Origin: Antedon mediterranea
Taxonomy: Eukaryota; Animalia; Echinodermata
Length of the DNA: 64,000 nucleotides
Assembly: GCF_964355755.1 (NCBI RefSeq)
Contig: NC_092674.1
Location: 30,256,001-30,320,000, forward strand
Direction: 5' to 3'
This document shows positions 37,101 through 49,073 of this stretch, one piece after another. Within the stretch, counting starts at the first letter, position 1. Every line of letters starts with the position of its first letter. The notes beneath the pieces were generated by a model. The model saw only the letters and a list, made by a program, of their open reading frames with translations, made no database searches and was not told where the DNA came from. A program made the position numbers and the translations under genes.

Positions 37101-39025
37101 AGCAATAATTGTAGGGAGTTCTTTTTCGAGTGCTTCCAAAAAGTTTTCAACAAACTTATTCCAGAATGTTCCTTTTTTAGATGTTTTTAAAAGATCATTA
37201 ACCACAATCCTAATTGCATTCGAGTAAGCATTAACATCATTAACTTTTTCCCACTTAGCAAGAATTGTTGCTAGCTCATGAACATGCTTCTCTGCATCAG
37301 TTAAGTCAGCCATGTCTTGTTCTTGAGTACCGGTCTTATCACGATTATGTACAACTGGTGTGCATAAGAGTAACTTCCGGAGGGCTCTTCCAAAAGGAAA
37401 TAACAACCACGGCCGAAACTCATTATAAAAGCTAAAAACAGGTATTCGCTTCAAAGGAGCAATTACTGAAGCAGTAGATCCAGGATAAAAATCTGCAATT
37501 CCTGAAAATATATCAGACTTCTGCATCGGTGGAAAGTGATCCTGGTATTTTTGATAAAATAAATACTGGGGAGTTATTTTTGGTTGGTACACGAGTGATG
37601 GCAGATCATATTCTATTTGACCTTTTACGGCCGAGGTGAGCATTTTGAATGAACTGATTTCGGAATCACCTTCAACATCCTCCTTGTTCTCATTATTTTC
37701 TATCAGTGACCATTTCTTAAAATCAGTTGCGTCGAAAGCCACAACATACTGAATGTCATCCGAGTTTAAATCAGAGGCATGTTTCAACTGCTTCACCAAG
37801 AGACCAGTTGTTGCGTCCAAAATGGTCTCAAGCTTTTTGTCATCACCGTCTTTACCATTACCTCTTTTTGCAATTGTTGTAACTACAGCTACACTATCAC
37901 GCTGCTTTAACGAAACTCCAGTTTCAGAATTTAAAATGTTGCCATCTACAATGTTATTAAAATTATTTTGTTCACTGTCATTTTCTATTTTTTTATGGTA
38001 TTGATGATCCTCATTTATCCCCGACATGTGCTCAACACTACCAACTGGTTTGGGAATGTCGTTCTCCAACTTGTCTTTCATAATTTGCTTTTGGTCTACA
38101 CTTTCTGTTTTATCCTCTTCTTTTGAGTTAGTCATTGTGTTGTCATCTTTAAGAATGTTCTGTGAATTGTCATCAATGATCATCGCACATTCGCTATCAG
38201 TTTCCATTCTTTCTGATCTTGGTGGAGGAGTAGTCGGTGTAGTACTCTCTTGATTGACTTCACTGATCTGGGCAGTTTGTTGCGAGTCACAACCGGAATT
38301 GTTCTTATCTTCCGTTTTTATCTTATCTGTTGATATTTTGTCATCACATTTGATGGCAGGTGATTTAGAAATCGTATCTGTAGTCGACATCTCCGTTTCT
38401 GGTGGTACAGTAACCATATCTTCACTTACTTCTTTCTCTTCCTCAATTATTTGGCTGCTTTGTTCTCCTGATGGTTCTTGATTTGAAGTTATTTTTGTTT
38501 TTGATGTGTTATTTTCTACTTCTTGTTCCTTCGAAACTGGTTGGTTACATTGAACTGTTTCTTGCTTTGAAGTTGGAATTTGTGTTTCTGATGTACTGTT
38601 ATCTTCTACTTCTTGTTCCTTTGAAACTGGTTGGTTAAATTGAACTCTTTCCTGATCTGAATCTAGTAGTTTTGTTTCTGACATGCTATCTTCTAATTCT
38701 GGTTTCTTTGAAACAGTTTGGTTACATTGAACTGTTTCTTCCTTTGAAGTTGGAATTTGTGTTTCTGATGTACTGTTATCTTCTATTTCTTGTTCCTTCG
38801 AAACAGGTTGGTTGCATTGAACTCTTTCTTCCTTTGAAGTTGGAATTTGTGTTTCTGATGTACTGTTATCTTCTATTTCTTGTTCCTTCGAAACAGGTTG
38901 GTTGCATTGAACTCTTTCTTCCTTTGAATTTGGTAGTTTTGTTTCTGATTTCTTTGAAACTGGTTGGTTGCCTTGAACAGTTTCTTGATTTGAGGTTGGT
39001 GTTTGGGTTATATGTGTCACGTCTT
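31119..39025 (-). CDS. 7.9-kb terminal coding exon of the THAP/zinc-finger gene (C2H2 array, basic NLS-like stretches, DHxY motifs, peptide repeats)
   Basis: 2660-codon open frame in the ORF track, with an acceptor AG at 39026-39027. Contains CxxC...H...H fingers (CRRC, CTKC, CSWC, CNHC, CHLC, CQYC, CPIC, CHSC, CPFNC, CPQC) and K/R-rich tracts. Confidence 0.9.
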
Positions 39026-42000
39026 CTGAAATGATAAAACAAAACAAATCATTGTACTTTTTTTGTGATATAAACGTGCTGAATTTGTGCAGGCCCAGCA
39101 CTCGGTCTACACTATCAAACTAGTTTGACAAAAAAAGTGTGATGTGCCCAAATATGGTAGTTATATGCTGAAATATGGTAGTGATATGACATCATGGCCA
39201 TATATTGGCACATTTTTTTGTCACATAAAGTTTGATAGTGTTGCCAGAGCTCCAAGAAAAACTTTATGGAAACTTATCAATTTTGTAACTATACGTTCTT
39301 GGTGCTCAAGTGGTTATATATAATAGAAATAATACCTGTTTCGAATTTTCTTTTTCGTTTCCTTTTCTTTGGTGGTTCTATTTTGAAGTGCACATATACT
39401 GTCTGCATGCCATTCGTATCGACCTCTGACTTATGTGAATAGATTTTACGCTTTACAGTTGGTTTTGAAGAGTAATTGGAACTAGCTACAGGGCTATCTG
39501 TGATAACAGTTTCATTAACATAAGGTGCGTTGTGCTGGTAAATTTCTTTTGGTGTTTTGATTGCTTTGAGGGCATCGTGCATTAACGAAGTCTGTCGGGT
39601 GTGGTGTGGACTGACAGTTATTATAGCTGGTCTTTTAGTTGGCGTGGAAATAACTGTACTTGCAGATGTAGACAATACAGCGGTAGATATTGTGGTAAAT
39701 GTTGTGGGGAGAAGTTTTGGTGTTGGTAACGAGACAGCTGGGGGTGAAGTGTTGGTTACTTTTTGTGCCTTTACTTTGCACAATATCCCATGATTTTTTA
39801 AGTACTGTAGGGCATTTTGCTTTACATCTGTACCTGGAATACCTGAAATCAAAAAGAAAAACACTGTTATATAGTTGACTCTGCCTAATGGGACTGGCAT
39901 ACAAAGACAAGTTACATACTTTTCATTGACTCTTTTGATAATTTGTCTTACTTCTTATTGTGTGTATTTGACATGAAATTTATGTGACAACAAAATGTGA
40001 TGTGCTCATATATGGACACGATGTCATATCACTATCACACTTTTTTGTCAAACTAGATAGTTTAGACAAAGCTTTAGATTCAGATAATTCATAAAAATGC
40101 GATGCAGTTAAACGACTTTTGATGATTGACTGTTTTGTATTAAAGTGTATATTGTTTAAAAGTACAGTACAGAAAGAAATTACTGCTTCGTATCTACGCA
40201 TAGGCTTTCGTAGGTAGATCGTAGGTAGAACGTAGGTCATTGTTCTCTCCTACGATGTATTGTTTGTAGCCTACGATGTATTGTTCGTAGCCTACGATGT
40301 ATTGTTTGTACTTGTAGCCTACAATGTATTGTTCTCTCCTACGCTGTATTGTTCGTAGCCTACGATGTATTGTTCGTAGCCTACGATGTATTGTTCGTAG
40401 CCTACGATGTATTGTTTGTAGCCTACGATGTATTGTTCGTAGCCTACGATGCATTGTTCTTAGCCTACGATGTATTGTTCGTAGCCTACTACGATGTATT
40501 GTTATGAAATCTAGGCTACGCCTCGATCGTAGGGTGGTTCGTAGAAGCACGGACAATGCAAACAAACAATGTATTGTTTGCTAATTAAAATCCTACCTAA
40601 AGATAGTAGGTCAATTTTTGTAGCCGCCCTACGCATCGGTTATCCTAATTTGGACGGAAATCCGCCGACGAAACGACATCGGGCCGGTGGACCTCAGCTC
40701 ACACGTAGAGAGAGTCGGCGGCCTACAAGTAACACTATAAATTATTTATTCCTACCTTGTTGGGTTAGCGAATTATAAAAACAACGACACCTACTAGGCT
40801 AGGACACCAACAAAATATATGCAAAATAAATATATATTCCATATTAAGATTTAACATACATATAGGCCTTTTAAAATGATTACGACATGTATAAAGAAAA
40901 AGGCCCGACCAGAATTTGGAGGGGAAAAAACATGTGAGCTGAGCAGTTTAGAGAGAGTATTATGTTTCATGTCATGTGACAGAAAATCCAGGTACACGAT
41001 CTTAATTACTGTTTTATCGTCGTCAGACGGTAGCCACCCTCTCATGCGATGCTCGTACTGAGTAAAAAAAAACATGTGAGAGATTGCGGTAAGCAGAGAG
41101 TATCGCGTTTCATGCCATGTGACCAAAAAAACTAGGTCTGTAATGTATTCATTACGGTCTTCTGTCGGCAGTCTTTTTGAGCGACCGATTGAACGTCCTG
41201 ATGCTATATTTAGAATGAATTGTTTACGATCTTTTTTTCTCGCCATCGTTTCTGGATGGGACTGGACGTTCGCTATATTAGTTGACCTGTTCGTTTGCGG
41301 TTCACCTGTGTTGGATCGTGTCTCTCTCTACGTTATACATCGTGGGAAATTTATATTTATATTCACTGTTGAGTAGGTAAACATGCACGAAGGAAAATAT
41401 TAAGATTAAAAAATATTATTTATTTTTTATTAATTTACAACTTTGTCCTCCGCCAGTTAAATTTAACACATTAATTTCACACCTTCACTAAGAACATCGT
41501 AGGGTTGTTTATTTAGGTTACGAACTCCCTACGAAGTTCAGAACGTAGCTCATTGAAAGTTGTTTATTGAGGTTACGAAGCCAAACAATGGAACCTACGA
41601 AGCCAACAACGTAGCCTACGTTCTACTTCGTAGGTAAAGTTGCAGTATTTTCTTTCTGTACTGTAAAGACACTACAGTATTTTGCATAAATAGCACCAAA
41701 TTAAAATTGAAACTTCTAAGAGCTACTAAGAGATAAATCGTTATACTGATTTTAACCTTTGCTAACACAGCATATTCTACTTTGTTTTGCCGAAATTTAT
41801 TTGAAACTAGAAAAAATATACTAACCATCATAGTCCGTTTCCACCTGTTTAAGGCTAATCTTTTTTTCTAATGCTATCAGTCTCATACCAATCTTCTTCA
41901 GTAGGTCACCGACCGTCTTAGATTCTGCTTTACTGGCAGCTAAAACAAGTTCAGATTCTAAAGTTTTCACTTCTGCCATAATTTGAGAATGTTGTGTAGT

Positions 42001-45000
42001 AGAATCAGTAGTTGTTGGCAGAATATTCTTTTGTGGAGATTTGACAACTAATTGACCTTGGACCTTTGGTTGTATCTTTGTGTTAACCAATACTGATGTT
42101 GCAGATTTAACAACTAATTGACCTTGGACCTTTGGTTGAACTACTGACGTTACAGTCTTTGAAATTGCTGAGAATCTTCCACACTGTCTTAACATCTCAT
42201 TCAAAAGCCTTTGTTCATTTGGCTCCATCTGTTTTCTGACACTTTCAACCGCTTTCGATTCGGCTCGTTTAAAGGACTGCCTCCTTGATACTACACAAAA
42301 ATTAAAGCAGACAAATGTTAACATTAAAATATTTTGAAACGGTTAAAAAAAAGGAACATTCTGGTATAAATTCCAAAAAGTGATTGTCAGTTGATTTTGG
42401 AATGAAATCCTATAGGTTCTTGAAACATGTTTTTAACAAATCTTTTTCTTTTAACTTGTTCCAAAAACACACAAAATGTTGTCAAAGTAATTAACAGATA
42501 ACATCCAGCAAAGGCAAATAATCTGGGCCCAATAAGTTTTGGAAATTATGATGCAAAAGTCAGTTTAGCATTTAATTTCACCTCTTTTAAGTCATGAGCT
42601 ATTTCAAAATCCTAGATCCATCACTATGCAAAATGCTACAACTGTAAATGACCTTACCAACCACCATCAATACTATTGTTCAGAAATATCCACAGTTTCT
42701 GTCTATTGTAAGTTTCATTAGCTTGAACTAAAAGAAATAAAATACCTGATTGTGAGTAGTTCTTTGTAAGGTTTTCTGCCATAAGCATTGCCTCAAAGAA
42801 CAACAGTGTGATTCTATTCAGTGTCTTGTCCGCTCTCATCCACTCAAGGGATTTCAAGTAATACACAAACCGTTTGGTCAAACATAGCAGTGCTGATTGT
42901 TCTTTCTGACTAGCTTCTTCTTCTTGATCGCTTTCTATAGAAGATTCATCCGATAGCTCTTCTACTTTCATGTCTTTTATTATGGTAAACTGTTTCAACA
43001 TTATATCAAGCTGTTGGGCATCTTTTTCCTCGAGGTAGTGAAGCTTGATGTGCTCAAGCGCCCTCATTTTGGATTCTTTCATGACGTTTCTTTCTGTTCC
43101 TGTAAAAAAAAACAATTAACAATGCAAGTAAATGGTGGAGTTGTGGTTTGGTGGTTATGATGCTTGGCTACCAATCCAAGGGTCCTGGGTTCAAGTCCCG
43201 TCACTCCCAAAGTAGCAAGACTTTATTTATGTAGAGCATCTTGTGTATATGTTTGTCTTGTGAAACAGGGTTGCCACCTCTAAAATGGATAGTTAATGAA
43301 TTGGCTTATGTCTATTCCTTCAAAATATAAACAAACATTGAAAAACAAAGTACTATACCGTGTGTGTCTACAGTTATGACCATAGGTTGTTCGCCGGCTA
43401 GCGGTTTACGAAACATCTGAATCAGTTCATCCACTGTCTCTTTAGCCTCTCTCCATTCTTTAGATCTTAAACGTTTTTTCAGTCTTTTACCCAAACTTTC
43501 CATACTATTGTCAAAAAATTCTTCATATTCCTCCCCCGATTCATCAGAATCTGAGGAAGAGTCTGTATCATATTCCGATTCTTCATCCATCAGCTGTTGA
43601 CACTGTAGCAGTCTGTTGTCCAAATCTTCATCACTTTCGATGTCGCTCGTTGAATGTTTCTTAGATCTTTTTCTTTTTTTCTGACTGTCTTCTTTTTTTC
43701 CTATTACTTTCACATTTTTTTTCACAGATTCTTTCCAAGCATCACTGGCAGTAGATGAATGATTATCTTTACTTTCCTCCGCTAGATCATCACTCTCTTT
43801 GCTTGGTGGCGTTACTTTCTGATCAGGTGTAGGATCAATTTTTTCCTTTTTATCTGGGGGATCACAACTCCCCTTGCTTGGCAGTGCTATTGTCTGTCCA
43901 TTAACTGTGATTGATTTGATTGGGGATTCCTCTAATCTCGTGGGATTAGGATTAGAACGAGTGGGCATACCATCTGGAAAATGAAGTCCACATATCTTTG
44001 ACGAGGTCGCAGGACAAAACCTTTTTTGCTCCTCGGGCATTGCGTTCCTAACGAGACGAAGCCATACTATCCGTTCAAGAGGAGAGCTAAACAACTTTGG
44101 AAATTGATACAAGTGAGGGCGCCACTTTTTATTATTAACAATAATAGTTGCATTTTTGTCTGAAAATGTACAATGTGGTATGATACAACACGTGCCATCA
44201 GTTTTATCAATGTTACAGCCTAATTTAATGTTATATTTACTTGTCCTAAACATAAGATCATCCGTTCCTGAAAGACAAAAAGATATATATAAACAATTTT
44301 GCAAAACAAAACATTGCATTACTTACACTACTGAAATATAAAGTGATAGGATATGTACAGGGTATTGGGACAACTCTACTGAGATTTGTGTTTCACACAA
44401 AAAATAATAATTTTATAGTAGTGTACATGTAACCTATAGCTTAGTAGTGTACATGTAACCTATAGCTTAGTAGTGTACATGTAACCTATAGCTTAGTAGT
44501 GTACATGTAACCTATAGCTTAGTAGTGTACATGTAACCTATAGCTTAGTAGTGTACATGTAACCTATAGCTTAGTAGTGTAAATGTAACCTATAGCTTAG
44601 TAGTGTACATGTAACCTATAGCTTAGTAGTGTACATGTAACCTATAGCTTAGTAGTGTACATGTAACCTATAGCTTAGAAGTGTACATGTAACCTATAGC
44701 TTAGAAGTGTACATGTAACCTATAGCTTAGTAGTGTACATGTAACCTATAGCTTAGTAGTGTACATGTAACCTATAGCTTAGTAGTGTACATGTAACGTA
44801 TAGCTTAGTAGTGTACATGTAACCTATAGCTTAGTAGTGTACATGTAACCTATAGCTTAGTAGTGTACATGTAACCTATAGCTTAGTAGTGTACATGTAA
44901 CCTATAGCTTAGTAGTGTACATGTAACCTATAGCTTAGTAGTGTACATGTAACCTATAGCTTAGTAGTGTACATGTAACCTATAGCTTAGTAGTGTACAT

Positions 45001-46894
45001 GTAACCTATAGCTTAGTAGTGTACATGTAACCTATAGCTTAGTAGTGTACATGTAACCTATAGCTTAGTAGTGTACATGTAACCTATAGCTTAGTAGTGT
45101 ACATGTAACCTATAGCTTAGTAGTGTACATGTAACCTATAGCTATAGTAGTGTACATGTAACCTATAGCTTAGTAGTGTACATGTAACCTATAGCTTAGT
45201 AGTGGTAACAGATTGGGTTTAAAATTGGGGGTTCACTTATGTAACTGACAGAGAGCTTCCTTTACTCAAAGTAGTGCACAAACAAAAGTTTAGTCATCAT
45301 ATTAATTTGTCAATTTCTTTAAGGCCAACTCAGACAGCATCATACAAGGCCCGACAAGTCGTCTCCATCGGGAGAAAATTAAACATATTTAAAGTCCTCC
45401 TGACGACCTAAAAACTACTAGTGATTTCCCCAAAAATGAAAGCATGATAGTAAATCAAGCTGTACTTACTACTGGGTTTATTTGGGTCTTGATTAGTCAT
45501 TGCATGATAGTAAATCAAGCTGTACTTACTACTGGGTTTATTTGGGTCTTGATTAGTCATTGCATGATAGTAAATCAAGCTGTACTTACTACTGGGTTTA
45601 TTTGGGTCTTGATCAGTCATTGCATGATAGTAAATCAAGCTGTACTTACTACTGGGTTTATTTGGGTCTTGATCAGTCATTGCATGATAGTAAATCAAGC
45701 TGTACTTACTACTGGGTTTATTTGGGTCTTGATCAGTCATTACATTACTGTCTATATGTAGAACTTTGACATGGAGTTCACAAATAAATGATGTATGATC
45801 CTCAATACCATTCACATCAATTTCTTCCATAAGGGCAGTCATCAATTTCCGTCCCACTAAATCATCAGCAATTTGAGATAGAGGATGATATTGTTCTCCA
45901 AGCCTGGTTGACATGGTCTTTCGACTATAAGCGTCACATGCATTATGACACTTCTTGACACAACACCACTTCTGCGCTTTGTATGGCACACCGGCATTCT
46001 CTTTTAATGTTTCTTCACCGAAAAGAGTTGGTATAAGATTTTCTGCAGTGGGTTCAGCAAAGTTGAAGTGTCGGCCGCAAATACTGACATCTTGGTCAAA
46101 GTTAACTTGCACTCTGGTATGCTTCTGTATTATGGGGATCCACTCTGGTCGCACACTGAACAGAAGAAACTTGGAGTATCTACATGTTGACGAGGCATGG
46201 TTACTACAACTTGAAATAATGCAATTCTCTGTATTAAAATCTGAAATATATAAATTGTAAATAAAAATCACAATATTGTAACACAGGGCCGTAGCCATCA
46301 GTATGGAGGTAAGGTTTCAACCTGACCACTTTTTAACAGTTAGGCCTTTGACAGGCCGATGGCTTCCCTTTTCTTGCAACCACCTCACCACTTTATTACA
46401 CAACAAATAGGTTATGAAGAGCAGCTCAATGAGTATAGAGTTGCTAAACTGTTGGTAGTATACAATGCATGTTTAGCAGTTGAATGGTGAGAATATGTTC
46501 ATGAATGACTGTTCTATTTCAATGAGGTATTATCAAGTTGACTAATACGAAGCTTTTGATTTGTGACAAACTATGTCATGTTATCTGTGCATGCGTAAAT
46601 AATAGGACATGTGTCCTCGCTCCCCACACCTTGATACTACTGGGTTCAGGCAACAACACATCAAACGACATGACCTAGGTTGGTCATCGGTCGTCGCAAA
46701 TCGACAGCTCCCTGTTATTGCTTTTGGAAACCCATCTAATGGTACCTTTTATATTTGTTAATAATTTCCGATAAGCAAGGTAACTTACAAACAACTTCAT
46801 CAAAGAGAAAGGGTTTTCCATCATTTGTTTTAAGTGCATTCTCAGTCTTGTCACTATCATCAAGTGACTTTTTCTCTTGATCTTCTACATCCAT
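31119..46894 (-). CDS. Large multi-THAP / C2H2 zinc-finger protein (~3620 aa), 7 coding exons
   Basis: Exons: 46894-46789, 46240-45710, 44267-43359, 43099-42662 (donor uncertain), 42290-41826, 39842-39336, 39025-31119. All introns are phase 1; total 10863 nt. THAP C2CH patterns: CIISSC...W...ICGRHF...PTLF and CIIPHC...FP...W...ICGLHF...NPT, plus a degenerate CCVKKC...ICELH. C2H2 array at ~33460-34580. Confidence 0.78.
40165..41663. mobile_element. 1.5-kb non-autonomous DNA transposon with TA TSD and subterminal 21-bp repeats (intron of the THAP gene)
   Basis: TA|CAGTACAGAAAGAAATTACTGC...GCAGTATTTTCTTTCTGTACTG|TA (22-bp TIR, 1 mismatch). CCTACG/CGTAGG motifs are concentrated at both ends. No transposase ORF. 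Confidence 0.72.
40240..40520. repeat. 21-bp tandem repeat (~12 copies) inside the TA-flanked element
   Basis: Unit TGTATTGTTCGTAGCCTACGA. Confidence 0.9.
43134..43210 (+). mobile_element. tRNA-like SINE head (family copies at 11845-11912 (-), 47030-47200 (-), 52197-52345 (+))
   Basis: GTGGAGTTGTGGTTTGGTGGTTATGATGCTTGGCTACCAATCCAAGGGTCCTGGGTTCAAGTCC carries A/B boxes and recurs in diverged form four times. Confidence 0.6.
44416..45204. repeat. 26-bp minisatellite, ~30 copies
   Basis: Nearly invariant unit TAGTAGTGTACATGTAACCTATAGCT. Confidence 0.97.
45442..45741. repeat. 60-bp tandem repeat x5 spanning a splice donor of the THAP gene
   Basis: TGCATGATAGTAAATCAAGCTGTACTTACTACTGGGTTTATTTGGGTCTTGATCAGTCAT; each unit contains AGTA|GTAAGT on the minus strand. 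Confidence 0.95.
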
Positions 46895-47998
46895 GTTTTA
46901 GCAAATCTACTGTCTTCTCAAAATAATAGCACCTTTAACAACCCACGGTTCTTTTGAATGCCATCCACATGATTCACCTATTTGTAAAGATATAAGAGAC
47001 ATTTACATTTTTTATTTCATATGCATCCAACAGCGCTTTTATAATTTATCATGCTTATAAACAAAAGTCTCATTTGAGGCTTGGAGAGTGGAGTTGAAAA
47101 AATCAATTGAAGTGTTACAACCCTGACACCAGGTCAGGATTGAACCCTGGACCTTGGGAATTGAAGGAAAGTATGTTAACCACCAAGCTACACCTCCACA
47201 ATAAACATAACAATGTAATGCTGCAAGAGAAAACTTTTAAAGAAAAATTGGATACAGCTGGCATGTATTATATAACCATTTAAATTCACTGCAATATTAA
47301 TTCAATTGAAAAATGTCATTAAAATAATATTTATAATGTTAGTGGTTTTGCCTTGAACCAGAATTTTTATGTCCAGGAAGTCAGAATATTTTATTTTAAT
47401 AATTTTAATACCTGTACCTACTTTAATTTAAATAAAATTCTTTACTTTTTTAGTACATTGCATCCAAACAATGGGGATGGGGAGCATGTGATAGGGTACC
47501 CCCAGCAGTCCAGTGGCAGTGAGAGTGAGTACTGTAGGCTGCTCTCACACTGCATGCAGCGAGTGTGTGGGACGGACATGCATGGCTGCAGTCGAAACAA
47601 TGATGTGCATTGTCGAAGCTATTGAAATACTAACAAATATGCGGATGGTGGCCTAGAGTGCTAAATATGTTTTCCTGTTTATTTTAGCAAACTAATACAT
47701 AAAATGGCTACCTAGATCGACCGCATGGACAAAAAAACAATACGTCATTCTAATTTGCATATCGCTAGCTTCCTATTTGTCATGCATCGACCCGCAAAAA
47801 AAGCGCGATCTGCTGCACATATCGCCGCGAAACGAAGAAAAAACGTTGTTCTCTCGGCCTTCGCGCTAAAAGCCGAAAACATTGAAATCAACAGTTTTAT
47901 CAATAGTTCGATTGAGAATGAGGTTTATAATTTATTCTATAACATTTATCAATCAATGTTAAGTAGTAAATTATACAAAAATTCCATAGAATACTTAC

Positions 47999-48060
47999 TT
48001 TCTGATCCGGTGTGAAACACAGGCTGGCCTAGCCTCTCTTCCGACCATTTTTTGAGCTCG
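47999..48060 (-). other. Probable 5'-UTR first exon of the THAP/ZF gene
   Basis: Strong donor AA|GTAAGT at 47998-47997, a YY1-like AAAATGG near 48046 and a GC-box-like GAGGGCGGG at ~48134. A matching acceptor at 46979-46978 precedes the ATG-containing exon. Confidence 0.45.
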
Positions 48061-48917
48061 AACATTGTTCATTCAACTCTGACCCAGGTCAGCTGAATGA
48101 GATTATATAAAAAGTTAGGCGGCAGCAAAAAATGAGGGCGGGATTACCATTTTTACTATGATGATATTGGCTCTGGTTAAAAAGTTAAAGTTGATAAAGT
48201 GTCTTTTTTTAACACTATTATTGTTTTTCTTTTGTTATTCACATCAAATAATTCTATTGGGATACACACAGCTCAATCAGCGTTTTAAACACGTACATGA
48301 GCATCAAATTGAAATTAAATTATAATTTAAATATATTTTTTATCATTCATTATAGCACTTCTATGAAGTCCTGAATAAAACACACACAATTTGATTGAAA
48401 TAATATAACATAATTTATTTTTTACAAATGATCACTATACCATACCATACATAATGATCAACTTTGTTTGGCTCTTAAAATTGTTTTGTTATAACCTAAC
48501 TCTACTATATGTTTCTTAACTTTTCTATTTTGATGAAATTTAAAATATTATTGTTAATAAACTATGGAGGAATAGTGACCTCTTGTGACCTTCTGTGCAT
48601 GCACAAAATATTTTACTTGACGTCTGCATAGTATATTCACACACTGTATGACAAAGATCTCTATTCTGTTTCGATACACTTTTTAATTGCAGCTCAATTT
48701 AATCTTTTCTTGTTCAAGTAACAGTCAAAGTGTAAGGATAATATGTACGGGTCAAAACTAATATATACACCCATTTGCATTTTCAATTACTGTTATGAGA
48801 TTAAGAATTTGCCTAGGTATGGGGGGGGGGGGGACTTTAAAAATAAACACAATAAAACTCTCCAAGTGTTGCAATATTGTTATGCAACATAATGTATTAT
48901 TAGCAATATTGTTTTAA

Positions 48918-49073
48918 AGCTCTGTCTACAAACTAGTTTGACAAAATAAGTGTGATGTGCCCAAATATGGTAGTGATATTCCCAAATATGGTAGTGATAT
49001 GACATCAGCATGTCCATATATGGGAACATCACATTTCTTTTGTTACATAAAGTTTGATATTGTAGACAAAGCT
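48918..49073. mobile_element. MITE family C with TAA TSD (other copies at ~4650-4754, 9400-9538, 11385-11510, 13075-13190, 39100-39251, 39980-40074)
   Basis: TAA|AGCTCTGTCTACA...TGTAGACAAAGCT|TAA. The shared body GTGATGTGCCCA..ATGGTAGTGATATGACATCA recurs at the listed loci. Confidence 0.82.

Noticed and set aside
40194-40584. Arg-rich ORFs (RRLRTIH repeats)
   Set aside because: Products of the 21-bp subterminal repeat of a transposon.
44416-45204. Regular repeat array resembling CRISPR
   Set aside because: Head-to-tail 26-bp units with no unique spacers and no cas genes, in a eukaryotic intron.
43312-46298. Autonomous P-element/THAP9 transposase
   Set aside because: THAP domains are present, but I could not recognise an RNase H-like DDE catalytic domain or flanking TIRs; the structure is that of a host multi-exon gene.
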